Shown here: piece after piece, positions 1-9,497 of the stretch
Layout: each line of letters begins with the position of its first letter
Position numbering within the stretch: position 1 is the stretch's first letter
DNA from: Synechococcus sp. BS30m-G31
GTDB taxonomy: Bacteria > Cyanobacteriota > Cyanobacteriia > PCC-6307 > Cyanobiaceae
Assembly (NCBI GenBank): GCA_016777265.1
Contig: JADHRU010000001.1
Location: forward strand, 1 to 43,134
Direction of reading: 5' to 3'
DNA: 43,134 bases
Made by a program: the position numbers and the translations under genes
Notes under the pieces: model-generated
What the model was told of the DNA's origin: nothing
What the model saw: the letters and a program-made list of their open reading frames with translations, nothing else
The model's database searches: none

Positions 1-1
1 C

Positions 2-148
2 CAAATCCAAACCGGCGGTGAACAGGGCATGCAAACCCTGGAAAAAGCGTTGGCCAATTTGATCAAAGACGGCTCAATTTCGCGCCATGAAGGAATGGCT
101 AAGGCAAGCAAGCCTGGAGAGCTTGAACGCCTACTCGAAAAATCTTAA
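2..148 (+). CDS. pilT: Type IV pilus retraction ATPase PilT, C-terminal fragment (5'-truncated by window edge)
   Basis: Manual translation QIQTGGEQGMQTLEKALANLIKDGSISRHEGMAKASKPGELERLLEKS*; GMQTLE is the typical PilT C-terminal motif; lies directly upstream of pilC. Confidence 0.88.
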   Translation, partial: QIQTGGEQGMQTLEKALANLIKDGSISRHEGMAKASKPGELERLLEKS

Positions 149-166
149 ACGAGGAGCCCCAAAACC

Positions 167-1426
167 ATGGCCACTTTCATCGCCACTTATTTGGGGTCCA
201 CCGGTCAACAACGAACGGTGTCAGTCAAAGCAGCGGGAGTCACGGAAGCCAAAAAACAACTGCGTCGCCGCGGCATCCGCGCAACAGAGCTTCGAACGGC
301 CACAGAACCCAGCAACTCAAAAGGCTCATCTGAAGACCATGTTTCATCTGGAGTTCTCTCGTTCGATCTAAGTCGAGCCTTTGAAAAAGCCCCTGGGGTG
401 AAAGAAAAAGCGATCTTTGCCAGCAAGTTGGCGGCCCTCGTCGATGCCGGTGTTCCGATCGTGCGCAGCCTCGATTTGATGGCCACTCAGCAAAAACTAC
501 CGATGTTCAAGCGGGCACTGATCAAGGTGAGTTTGGATGTGAATGAGGGAATCGCCCTTGCCACTGCAATTCGGCAATGGCCGAAGGTGTTTGATCAACT
601 CAGCGTGGCGATGGTGGAAGCCGGTGAAGCCGGCGGCGTACTCGATGAAGCACTAAAACGCTTGGCCAAACTGCTTGAAGACACGGCGAAACTTCAGAAC
701 CAAATCAAGGGCGCCCTGGGATATCCCGTCGCAGTTTTGGTGATTGCGATTCTGGTGTTTTTAGGAATGACGATCTTTCTGATTCCAACATTTGCAGGAA
801 TCTTTGAAGACCTCGGAGCAGAACTTCCAGCCTTCACCCAATTACTGGTGAACTTCAGCGAACTACTACGCTCCACCGCTTCACTTTATGCAGCTGGAGC
901 AATTGTTCTCGCTATCTGGTTATTTACAAGGTTTTATAACACCCACAATGGTCGCAGAAGCATCGATCGATTAGTGCTCAAAGTTCCCCTTTTTGGGGAA
1001 CTGATCATGATGACGGCGACGGCTCAATTTTGCCGAATCTTTAGCTCACTAACGCGTGCGGGAGTGCCAATTTTGATGGCAATGGAAATCTCAAGTCAAA
1101 CTGCCGGAAATAGCATTATTTCTGATGCCATCCTCAAATCCCGAACCCTTGTCCAGGAAGGCGTGCTACTCAGCACATCACTCATCCGTCAGAAAGTTTT
1201 GCCAGACATGGCCCTAAGCATGCTTGCGATTGGAGAAGAAACAGGCGAAATGGACAAAATGCTGAGCAAAGTTGCAGACTTCTATGAAGATGAAGTGGGA
1301 GCGATGGTGAAGGCACTGACTTCAATGCTGGAACCCGCAATGATCGTGGTCGTGGGAGGAATTGTAGGCTCAATTCTTCTAGCAATGTATCTGCCAATGT
1401 TCACCGTTTTTGATCAAATTCAGTAA
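167..1426 (+). CDS. pilC: Type IV pilus inner-membrane platform protein PilC (T2SS F family)
   Basis: 419 aa; two GspF repeats (AGEAGGVLD; IGEETGEMD...LEP); TM segments; GGAG RBS at about 153. Confidence 0.95.
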   Translation: MATFIATYLGSTGQQRTVSVKAAGVTEAKKQLRRRGIRATELRTATEPSNSKGSSEDHVSSGVLSFDLSRAFEKAPGVKEKAIFASKLAALVDAGVPIVRSLDLMATQQKLPMFKRALIKVSLDVNEGIALATAIRQWPKVFDQLSVAMVEAGEAGGVLDEALKRLAKLLEDTAKLQNQIKGALGYPVAVLVIAILVFLGMTIFLIPTFAGIFEDLGAELPAFTQLLVNFSELLRSTASLYAAGAIVLAIWLFTRFYNTHNGRRSIDRLVLKVPLFGELIMMTATAQFCRIFSSLTRAGVPILMAMEISSQTAGNSIISDAILKSRTLVQEGVLLSTSLIRQKVLPDMALSMLAIGEETGEMDKMLSKVADFYEDEVGAMVKALTSMLEPAMIVVVGGIVGSILLAMYLPMFTVFDQIQ

Positions 1427-1600
1427 TCAACCTCTATCCGTTATATACAAATCTAGTGATTGCGAGTTTATTTTAAGCCTTCGCGATAGGGCTGTAGAAA
1501 TAGATTGAAGGAGTTTATTTTAGCTCATAAAAATTGATTCATCTTTAAATGCTAATTACAAGAAGCGAATGTCATTCTGTTGACTAAGAAACAACATCAT

Positions 1601-2914
1601 TCAATCGGCTAAGGCAATCGACTGCCCCGCCAACCAGCCTCCGCTCCAACAGGCTTGAAAATTAAATCCCCCCGTCACCCCATCCACATCCAGTAATTCT
1701 CCAGCGAGATAAAGGCCAGGACAACGGCGACTTTCCATCGTGGCCAAGTTCACCTCACCCAGATCAACGCCACCAGCGGTGACAAATTCTTCTCCAAAGG
1801 GGCCGCGGCCCTGAATCGATAAAGGCTGAGCGCAGAGAATTTCTACCAACCTGCGTTCTGATTTGACAGGGAGCTCGGCCCAACGTCGCTCTCCATCTGC
1901 TCCAGCAAGCATTAAAAATGCCTGCCAAAGCCGTCTGGGGAAGTGATCAAAGGGCTTAGCCGCCGCCAAAGTACGGCGCGCTTGCTCCTGTCGCCACTGC
2001 TTCAGCCGTTGCTCAACCCCAGAGCGCCCCAGGCCAGCACTCCAATCCACCCGAAGTTCCCCCCGATAGCGGCTGCCATGCAGCGCGCGAGCGGCAAACG
2101 CTGAAAGTCGAAGTGTGGCAGGACCACTCAATCCACGATGGGTGATCAACACACGGCCGACATGTCGGAAGCGTTGGTTGTTGAGCTTCAGCTCCAAGCC
2201 AACATCATCCACAGCGATACCGCTACATGCCGCCAAAGCGGACGCCTCCAGCGAAAGGCTGAACAACGACGGGACTGGTGGTACAAGCTGATGACCAAGA
2301 TTTTCTGCCATCTTGCGGCCGCTGGGATGGCCGCCAGTGGCCAACATCACCTTCTGAGCCGATAACGGCTGGTCCAAGCCGCGGCCATCCACTAAAAACA
2401 CCCCCTCAGACTGCACGGATAAACGCTGCACCATCGCCCGCGTTTGCACCTTCACTCCCGCCTTCAGAGCCGCCCGCTTCAGGCACTGAATCACCGCCTC
2501 CGAACGGTTCTGCTCCGGAAACATCCGACCATCAGCCTCTTCAATCAGCACCAAGCCACGATCAGCAAACCAAGCGATGGCATCTCCTGCAGCAAACCGA
2601 CTGAATACACCTTTCAAAGCCCTCTGACCACGGGGGTAATGACCGACCAGTTCAGCTGGATCCCAGCAGGCGTGGGTGACGTTGCAGCGACCACCACCAC
2701 TGATGCGAACTTTGTTGAGAAGCTCTGGGGTGGCCTCCAAAACGAGCACACGTTTGACCCCCTGCTCAGCAGCGGTGATGGCGGCCATAAATCCAGCCGC
2801 GCCACCACCAATCACCACCAGATTCCAACAGTCCGCCGCTTCAGGTTGCAGGGCGGAAGACGAGGGCGACTCCGTTGTTGCAGTAGCGCTTTCCAGTTGG
2901 TCGGGGTCCGTCAT
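1601..2914 (-). CDS. NAD(P)/FAD-dependent oxidoreductase, HI0933/BaiN family
   Basis: Motifs VIGGGAAG, KVRISGGGRCNVT, VTAGGV, GELLDVDGVTGGFNFQ. Start uncertain: the ATG at 2914 overlaps msrB by 74 bp, so a start near 2851 or later is possible. Confidence 0.9.
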   Translation of the reverse strand: MTDPDQLESATATTESPSSSALQPEAADCWNLVVIGGGAAGFMAAITAAEQGVKRVLVLEATPELLNKVRISGGGRCNVTHACWDPAELVGHYPRGQRALKGVFSRFAAGDAIAWFADRGLVLIEEADGRMFPEQNRSEAVIQCLKRAALKAGVKVQTRAMVQRLSVQSEGVFLVDGRGLDQPLSAQKVMLATGGHPSGRKMAENLGHQLVPPVPSLFSLSLEASALAACSGIAVDDVGLELKLNNQRFRHVGRVLITHRGLSGPATLRLSAFAARALHGSRYRGELRVDWSAGLGRSGVEQRLKQWRQEQARRTLAAAKPFDHFPRRLWQAFLMLAGADGERRWAELPVKSERRLVEILCAQPLSIQGRGPFGEEFVTAGGVDLGEVNLATMESRRCPGLYLAGELLDVDGVTGGFNFQACWSGGWLAGQSIALAD

Positions 2915-3347
2915 TAAACACATGGCCCTGATGACCACCGCAGCGCGAACAGTGATATTCCGTACGCGGGACAATCAGTTTGAAATCTACTTTCGTCTCG
3001 ATCGCTTGGCTGAGTGGTTGCCAAAAACTGGGCCAACCCGTTCCGCTGTCAAACTTTCCCTCCGACGAAAACAAGGCCAAATCACATCCTGCACAGTGGT
3101 AGTTACCACTGCGTTTTTCATCATTAAAAGGACTTGTAAACGGGCGCTCAGTGCCCTCGTTGCGCAAGACGTTGAAGGCTTCAGGGGATAAGCGCTCTCG
3201 CCAAACCTCAGGGCTGAGATCCCACTGAGGGTCATTGGCCTTCGAGGCAGCTTGAACCGTTTTCGGGCGCCACAGACTGCCCAACGCACCAGCTACTGCA
3301 GCAAACATCAATGAACGACGGGACAAAACAGGCGAAGTATGAGTCAT
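2841..3347 (-). CDS. msrB: Peptide-methionine (R)-S-oxide reductase MsrB with Tat-like signal peptide
   Basis: GTERPF, CAGC/CSRC Zn motifs, DSGTGWPSF, GHVFNDGP, RYCNN; start placed at MTHTSPVLSRRSL. Confidence 0.95.
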   Translation of the reverse strand: MTHTSPVLSRRSLMFAAVAGALGSLWRPKTVQAASKANDPQWDLSPEVWRERLSPEAFNVLRNEGTERPFTSPFNDEKRSGNYHCAGCDLALFSSEGKFDSGTGWPSFWQPLSQAIETKVDFKLIVPRTEYHCSRCGGHQGHVFNDGPRPTGKRYCNNGVALVFRPAT

Positions 3348-3387
3348 CAGCTCTGAACCAAAGGGCTTCAGCGGTTCTAATGGATCC

Positions 3388-4392
3388 ATGACCGAGGTTG
3401 AACGCCCCGCCACCGTTCCTGCCCATCGCTTCAGCGTGGCGCCAATGCTCGATTGCACAGATCGGCACTTTCGTGTGCTGATGCGACAGATCAGCTGTCG
3501 AGCCCTTCTCTACACGGAGATGGTGGTGGCTCAAGCCTTACATCACACCAACAGGCGCGACAGGCTTCTGGATTTCGATCCCATCGAACACCCCATTGCT
3601 CTACAGCTGGGCGGCGATGATCCCAACCTCCTTGCCGATGCTGCCCGCCTCGCTTTGGACTGGGGCTACGACGAAATCAATCTGAATGTGGGGTGCCCAA
3701 GCCAAAGAGTGCAAGCAGGCAACTTCGGAGCCTGCTTAATGGCCGATCCCGATCTGGTAGCCCGCTGTGTTGAGGCAATGGGTCAAGCCAGTGCGCTCCC
3801 CGTGACCGTCAAACACAGGATTGGCATTGACGAGCTCGATAACGACACGTTGCTTACAGCTTTTGTTGATCGGGTGGCGGCGGCCGGAGCCCAACGGTTT
3901 TCTGTTCACGCACGTAAAGCATGGTTGGAGGGTTTAGATCCCAAACAAAACCGAACTATTCCGCCGCTGCGGCACGACCGAGTTGTTGCACTAAAACAAC
4001 GTCGCCCAGAGTTATTGATTGAACTCAACGGTGGTCTCGAAACACCCGCGGATTGTTTAGTAGCCCTCGATGAATGCGATGGAGCGATGGTTGGTCGAGC
4101 CGCCTACGCCCACCCCTTGCGTTGGGCAGACATGGACCATTTGATCTATGGAGAAGCGCCACGCCAATTGTTGGCATCAGATGTCGTGGAAGGCTTAATT
4201 CCCCACGCCGCTCAGCACTTACACCGAGGAGGTCGGCTTTGGGATCTATGCCGACACCTCGTTCAACTCGTGGAAGGCGTTCCAGGCGCGCGCCATTGGC
4301 GCCGTGAGCTTGGGGAACGATCCCAACGGAAGGGGGCTGATCTGAAAATCTTGGAAGAGGCCGGACGTCAACTGAAAGACGCCGGCCTTTAA
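3388..4392 (+). CDS. dusA: tRNA dihydrouridine(20/20a) synthase DusA
   Basis: FSVAPMLD.TDRHFR, INLNVGCPS, TVKHRIG, VHARKAWL.GL.PKQNR, NGG, MVGRAAY. Confidence 0.95.
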   Translation: MTEVERPATVPAHRFSVAPMLDCTDRHFRVLMRQISCRALLYTEMVVAQALHHTNRRDRLLDFDPIEHPIALQLGGDDPNLLADAARLALDWGYDEINLNVGCPSQRVQAGNFGACLMADPDLVARCVEAMGQASALPVTVKHRIGIDELDNDTLLTAFVDRVAAAGAQRFSVHARKAWLEGLDPKQNRTIPPLRHDRVVALKQRRPELLIELNGGLETPADCLVALDECDGAMVGRAAYAHPLRWADMDHLIYGEAPRQLLASDVVEGLIPHAAQHLHRGGRLWDLCRHLVQLVEGVPGARHWRRELGERSQRKGADLKILEEAGRQLKDAGL

Positions 4393-4413
4393 GTGAAAGA
4401 GCTGGAAAGGCGA

Positions 4414-4959
4414 TTAGCCCTCGGCACCGCCGTAGCCGGAGAAATCGTCGCCACCACCGGCACCTGTACCGCCGCCACCAGAGGAGCGGCGGCGACGAAC
4501 ACGCCCTTCGTCATAGGCATTGCCACCTTGGGGGGCAGCACTATCGCGAGCGCCATAGCTGCGATCTTCCCAACCACGGGCACCGGAGGGGCGATCACCA
4601 CCACCACCGCCGTAGCCGCCACCACCGCCGCCATCGCGACGTGGAGCGCCGCCGCCGTAACCGCCACCACCACCGCCGTAACCGCCACCACCGCCGCCAT
4701 CGCGACGTGGAGAGCTGCCGCGAGGCTCAGCTTTATTGATACGAAGCGGGCGACCCATCAACTCAGCGCCCTGGAGGCCTTCGATGGCAGCCTCTTCAGC
4801 TGCATCGTCGGACATTTCGACAAAAGCAAATCCGCGCTTACGGCCTGTATCCCGTTCAAGGGGAAGGGCACAATTCACGACTTCACCGAACTGGGCAAAC
4901 AGCTCAGTAACGTCCTCCTGCTCAGCGCGGAAGGGAAGGTTGCCAACAAAAATGCTCAC
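4414..4959 (-). CDS. RRM-type RNA-binding protein with glycine-rich C-terminus (cyanobacterial Rbp family)
   Basis: GTG start, MSIFVGNL (RNP2), RGFAFVEM (RNP1), GGGGGY repeats. Confidence 0.93.
   Translation of the reverse strand: MSIFVGNLPFRAEQEDVTELFAQFGEVVNCALPLERDTGRKRGFAFVEMSDDAAEEAAIEGLQGAELMGRPLRINKAEPRGSSPRRDGGGGGGYGGGGGGYGGGAPRRDGGGGGGYGGGGGDRPSGARGWEDRSYGARDSAAPQGGNAYDEGRVRRRRSSGGGGTGAGGGDDFSGYGGAEG
4616..4712. repeat. 31-bp exact direct repeat (66-bp period) within the Gly-rich tail of the RRM gene
   Basis: ccgccaccaccgccgccatcgcgacgtggag at 4616-4646 and 4682-4712; encodes PRRDGGGGGG twice on the minus strand. Confidence 0.9.
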
Positions 4960-5085
4960 GTTCTGCTTGGACCGGGTACGAAAAAATGGACCGAAGGGGC
5001 CTGGATCATTGCCATGGGGCCATGACTCCGGAACGAAGTGACGTACCACTGGCAACTTCAGCGTAGACCCGACAGCGCTGGGGAG

Positions 5086-6504
5086 TCATCCAACAGGTTG
5101 TGTTCCGTTCAAATGCTGCAACCAGCCGTCTAATTGTTCATCCACCCGGTCAAATCCTGTTCCTCCTTCACTGCGGCGAGCGGCCACAACGGCACGCGGG
5201 GCAAGCGCATCGTGCAGATCAGCCTCAAAAGCTGGATGCAACTCCTGCCATGCCGAAAGGGTCAAATCTCTCAACAAACAACCTTCATCAAGGCAACGGC
5301 GAACAACAGCACCAACAAGCTGGTAAGCCTCACGGAAGGGAACTCCCCGGGCAACGAGGTAATCAGCCACATCGGTGGCATTGGAGAAATCTTGTTCCAC
5401 CGCCGAGTTCAAACGTTCCGTACGGAACTCAAGACCTTCTTCGAACAGAATCGCCATGGCCTCAATGCAATCGCGGGTGGTGCGAAACGCATCAAAAAGA
5501 GCTTCCTTATCTTCTTGAAAATCTTTGTTGTAAGCCAAAGGAAGGCCCTTGATCATGGTGAGGAGGCCTTGTAGGTGGCCAAACACCCGTCCGCACTTGC
5601 CTCGAACCAATTCAGGCACATCAGGATTTTTTTTCTGCGGCATCAAACTGCTGCCGGTCGCACAACGATCGCTGAGGCGAACAAATCTGAACTCCTCTGA
5701 CGCCCAAGCAATCACCTCCTCAGCCAAACGACTGAGATGGGCCATCACCAAAGAAGCCGCCGCCGAAAACTCCACACAAAAATCACGATCGCTCACCGCA
5801 TCAAGGCTGTTGGCGTAAATCGCATCAAATCCCAAATCCTTAGCCGTCTGCCGACGATCAATGGGTACCGGAGTTCCAGCCAGCGCTGCCGCGCCAAGGG
5901 GGCAAATGTTCACCCGAGAGCGCACATCCTGAAGACGCAACCGATCCCGCTCCAACATCTCGACGTAAGCCAGAAGGTGATGCGCCAAACAAAGCGGCTG
6001 AGCCCGTTGAAGGTGGGTGTAGCCGGGAATCATCGTGCGGCGATGCAAATCCGCCTGCGCGACAAGAGCCCGCTGCAAACGTTGAAGATCGCCCTCCAAT
6101 TCATCCATGCGGCGCCTTAACCACAACCGCAAATCCGTTCCAACTTGATCATTGCGACTGCGGCCGGTGTGCAATTTCTTGCCAACAGGTCCCAACAGCG
6201 CAATCAAACGCCGCTCAACGGCGAAATGAACGTCTTCATCGGCGAGTCCAGGCTGAAACGTTCCCGCATGGGCCTCGCTCCGAATCGCCTCGAGACCCTG
6301 CACCAACTGATCAGCTTCATCAACGCTGATCACCCCGCAGGAACCCAGCATCCGTGCATGGGCAATCGACCCATCCAAATCCTCCTGAAGCAATGTGAGA
6401 TCAAAGCCGATCGAAGCGTTGAACACTTCGATAAAAGGATGCAAGCCTTGCTCGAAGCGATCACTCCAAGTGCCGTCGGCGCCGCCTGTCACCCCACCAG
6501 CCAT
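5086..6504 (-). CDS. argH: Argininosuccinate lyase
   Basis: [41 protein letters not shown] signature. Confidence 0.97.
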   Translation of the reverse strand: MAGGVTGGADGTWSDRFEQGLHPFIEVFNASIGFDLTLLQEDLDGSIAHARMLGSCGVISVDEADQLVQGLEAIRSEAHAGTFQPGLADEDVHFAVERRLIALLGPVGKKLHTGRSRNDQVGTDLRLWLRRRMDELEGDLQRLQRALVAQADLHRRTMIPGYTHLQRAQPLCLAHHLLAYVEMLERDRLRLQDVRSRVNICPLGAAALAGTPVPIDRRQTAKDLGFDAIYANSLDAVSDRDFCVEFSAAASLVMAHLSRLAEEVIAWASEEFRFVRLSDRCATGSSLMPQKKNPDVPELVRGKCGRVFGHLQGLLTMIKGLPLAYNKDFQEDKEALFDAFRTTRDCIEAMAILFEEGLEFRTERLNSAVEQDFSNATDVADYLVARGVPFREAYQLVGAVVRRCLDEGCLLRDLTLSAWQELHPAFEADLHDALAPRAVVAARRSEGGTGFDRVDEQLDGWLQHLNGTQPVG

Positions 6505-6553
6505 CGATCTATTCATCAATACCCACAGCTTGTCAGGCGGAAGGTTGCTCGCC

Positions 6554-7963
6554 CTAAGACTGTTGAGCAGCCATATTTGGCAATTTGACCGCCTCGGGCA
6601 CTTTCAAGACCACCATGGAGGCGTCATCTTCGAGCTGTCGATTCACTCCTACAAATCGATCCAGACGCTCAAACAAGGTGTCGAGAATTCCCTGAGACCC
6701 TTGTCCACTGCGACAGGCACTCTCTAAGGCACGAATCAACCGAGCTTCATCAAAGCGATCTCCCGTTAATCCGGGTGCTTCGGTCACACCATCCGTGTAG
6801 TACAGAAGAACGTCACCCGGATCCAGACGCACTTCACCGAGCCCATAGTCCGCCTCCGGCTGTAATCCGATCAGCAAGCCAGCAGCATCCAACCTGCTGA
6901 TGCTTCTCTGCTCCGAGCGCCACAGCAAGGGGGGGTTATGGGCTGCATTGGCGTATCGCAAACGACGGGTTCGTGGATCGAAATCCGAATAAAACAACGT
7001 CACGAATCGGTGGGATTGCGCGAGGTCCTCTTGGGCGAGTTGGTTGAGGTCATGAAGAATGCGATCCGGTGGCAATCCACTGAGAACTTCGGCACGGAGC
7101 ATCCCGCGCAACATGGTCATCAGCAGACCAGCGGGAACACCCTTTCCCATCACATCGCCCATGACCAGAGCCCAGCGACCACGTTCCCGTCGACGACCGA
7201 TGAGTTCAGGACGCGTGGGAATAAAATCGTAGTAATCACCACCCACTTCAAACGCTGGACGGCATCGAGCGGCAAGCTCCACGCCCTCAATCACCGGACA
7301 ATGATCGGGCAACAATTGAGCCTGAATCTCCGCCCCAATGCTCAGCTGACGATCAACCCGTTCATGACGACGGGCATCCTGCAACATCAGATCATTTTCG
7401 ATCGCCACACCCGCCAAATCGGCCACCAATTGGGCATGTCGGCGATGCACGTCGGTCCAAACCAAATCGGACGTCGGATCAAACACATACAACCGACCGC
7501 GACATCGCCCGCGAACCACCACAGATGTGGCAAACAAACCCGCCTTTGGCAGACAGCGTTGAACCAAGCGATCCAAGGCCAACACCTGGGCGTCATCGGT
7601 GCCAAATCCAGCCGATTCCCCAGGCTGGAAGCCCGCCAAGCGGCGAAAAAGATCCTGGGACTGCTCAACGGGGACAGCCTGAAGTTGATCGCGCCACAAA
7701 CGACCATCCGATTGAAACGGCACGATCAGAGCACCGTCGACTCCCACAAGTCGAGACACCACAACCGGCACCAGCTCTAAGAAGCGATGCAGATTGGTAA
7801 AACTGCGAAGGGCAAAAGCCAGCGACACCAGAAGATCCTGATTGCGACGCTGTTCGTTGCTCAAGCTGTCGAACAGTTGACGCAACGACGCCATCGCTTG
7901 AGGCGAAGGACCCACAACCCTCTGTGCCGGGGTGGGATGGCGACGGGGCGGCTGGCTGCTCAA
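6554..7963 (-). CDS. PP2C/SpoIIE-family serine phosphatase (RsbU-like) with GAF-like N-terminal region
   Basis: [35 protein letters not shown] motifs. Confidence 0.92.
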   Translation of the reverse strand: MSSQPPRRHPTPAQRVVGPSPQAMASLRQLFDSLSNEQRRNQDLLVSLAFALRSFTNLHRFLELVPVVVSRLVGVDGALIVPFQSDGRLWRDQLQAVPVEQSQDLFRRLAGFQPGESAGFGTDDAQVLALDRLVQRCLPKAGLFATSVVVRGRCRGRLYVFDPTSDLVWTDVHRRHAQLVADLAGVAIENDLMLQDARRHERVDRQLSIGAEIQAQLLPDHCPVIEGVELAARCRPAFEVGGDYYDFIPTRPELIGRRRERGRWALVMGDVMGKGVPAGLLMTMLRGMLRAEVLSGLPPDRILHDLNQLAQEDLAQSHRFVTLFYSDFDPRTRRLRYANAAHNPPLLWRSEQRSISRLDAAGLLIGLQPEADYGLGEVRLDPGDVLLYYTDGVTEAPGLTGDRFDEARLIRALESACRSGQGSQGILDTLFERLDRFVGVNRQLEDDASMVVLKVPEAVKLPNMAAQQS

Positions 7964-8000
7964 CGCTGCGACCCCTCAAGATGCGCAACGTAGCAACGGT

Positions 8001-9497
8001 TCATCGGCCGGCCAGTAGAGCCTCAACGAATTCAAAACTGTTAAACGGCCGGAGATCACGGATCCCCTCCCCAGCACCAATGAAACGGATGGGCAAGCCT
8101 GCTTCCGACGACACCGCCAAAGCGACACCACCTCTGGCAGTGCCATCGAGTTTGGTCACAACAACTCCCGTCAAACCGGCTGCTTTCGCGAAGGCCATTG
8201 CTTGACGCAAACCGTTTTGGCCTTGGCTGGCATCCAGCACCAACAACGACTCAACATTGGCCTCTGGGGCGAGACGATCAATGATTTTCCGAACCTTCTG
8301 CAGTTCTTCCATCAAGTTGTGTTTGGTCTGCAATCGACCTGCTGTATCCACCAGCAGGAGATCAGTTTCACGGGACCGAGCAGCACCGATGGCATCGAAC
8401 ACCACCGCAGCTGGATCTGCATTGCTGCTGGGATTGGACACCACAGCAACATCGCTGCGTTCACCCCAAATCTCCACCTGTTGTACGGCGGCTGCCCGAA
8501 AGGTGTCTGCAGCTGCGATCAAGGCTGAGTAGCCACTACGCACAGCAAGATTTGCCAGCTTCCCAAGGGTTGTGGTTTTTCCGACGCCATTCACTCCCAC
8601 CATCAGCCAAATATTTAAACGACCTCGCTCCGGCGCGAGCAGGGGAATGCCACTGGCCTTAATCGGAGCATCCAGCAAGCCGCGCAGTTGATCCTTGAGA
8701 AAACGAATTCCCTCAACTGGATCGACAACATCTTCATTCATCCGCTGTCGTAACGCGTCAAGGACCTGATCGGTGGCCTGAACACCGGCATCGGCACGGA
8801 GTAGAAGAGTCTCGAGTTCGTCCAGCACCTCTGGCGTGAGGGGATCATCGCCAAGGTTTTCCAACAGGCTGGTAACGAAGCCCTGTCGTGTCTTCTCAAG
8901 ACCACGACGGAGCCGTCCAAGCCAATCGATTTCCTCGAGCGAAATCTGATCAGCACGCCGACCCTGCGCTGCTAAAACGTCAGCAGACCAAGTGAAGTCG
9001 TCATCAAATTCACCAAGGGTCGGCTCAACAGCATCTGCAGCGGGGACGGAAGAAGTGGTAGCGGGCGGTTCAGGCGTCGATGCCGGAGCCACCTCAAGCG
9101 CACGAACCTCCTGCTCTTGTTGCCGCTGCTGACGTTGCGCCGCGGCCTGTTCGAGTAGGGACCCGCCAACTGTTGGAGCTGGGATGGGCTCAAGGGTGGG
9201 CTCAGGGGTTGGTTCTGGCTTTGGCTCAGGACTTGTCGAAACTGGCGTTGTTGGCGCCGAAGCAGCAGCTTGTTGCTGTGCCTTTAAACGTGCGTAGGCC
9301 TCACGGGCCCAAACCAACGCTTCGTCTTCTGGCTCTTCAGCCTTTTGTTCAACATCGTCTTGAGGAGCTGAGTGATCTGGCTCAGGCTTCACCTGAACAG
9401 GATCTGCAGGCGGTTGTTGTTCAACCTCAAGTGAATCTGGCGTTGAAGGAGGTTCCCCAGGGGATGGGGCCTGACGCTCGAACCAGTTGAACACCAT
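8001..9497 (-). CDS. ftsY: Signal recognition particle receptor FtsY
   Basis: GVNGVGKTTT, DTFRAAA, DTAGR, TKLDGTARGG; acidic Pro-rich N-terminal region. Confidence 0.97.
   Translation of the reverse strand: MVFNWFERQAPSPGEPPSTPDSLEVEQQPPADPVQVKPEPDHSAPQDDVEQKAEEPEDEALVWAREAYARLKAQQQAAASAPTTPVSTSPEPKPEPTPEPTLEPIPAPTVGGSLLEQAAAQRQQRQQEQEVRALEVAPASTPEPPATTSSVPAADAVEPTLGEFDDDFTWSADVLAAQGRRADQISLEEIDWLGRLRRGLEKTRQGFVTSLLENLGDDPLTPEVLDELETLLLRADAGVQATDQVLDALRQRMNEDVVDPVEGIRFLKDQLRGLLDAPIKASGIPLLAPERGRLNIWLMVGVNGVGKTTTLGKLANLAVRSGYSALIAAADTFRAAAVQQVEIWGERSDVAVVSNPSSNADPAAVVFDAIGAARSRETDLLLVDTAGRLQTKHNLMEELQKVRKIIDRLAPEANVESLLVLDASQGQNGLRQAMAFAKAAGLTGVVVTKLDGTARGGVALAVSSEAGLPIRFIGAGEGIRDLRPFNSFEFVEALLAGR

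Noticed and set aside
1464-1522. Repeat-spacer-repeat pattern resembling a mini-CRISPR (35-nt spacer)
   Set aside because: Only two 12-nt AT-rich copies, far shorter than CRISPR repeats, and no cas genes in the window
1556-1600. 14-codon minus-strand ORF (MMLFLSQQNDIRFL) directly after the flavoprotein stop
   Set aside because: Too short, no RBS; expected by chance
4393-5025. 210-aa plus-strand Ala/Thr-rich ORF
   Set aside because: Antisense shadow of the Gly-rich RRM gene; the GGY codon repeats keep the opposite frame open
6938-7780. 280-aa plus-strand ORF and many similar antisense ORFs over argH, purL, recN and dnaK
   Set aside because: Opposite-strand shadows of well-supported housekeeping genes; no motifs
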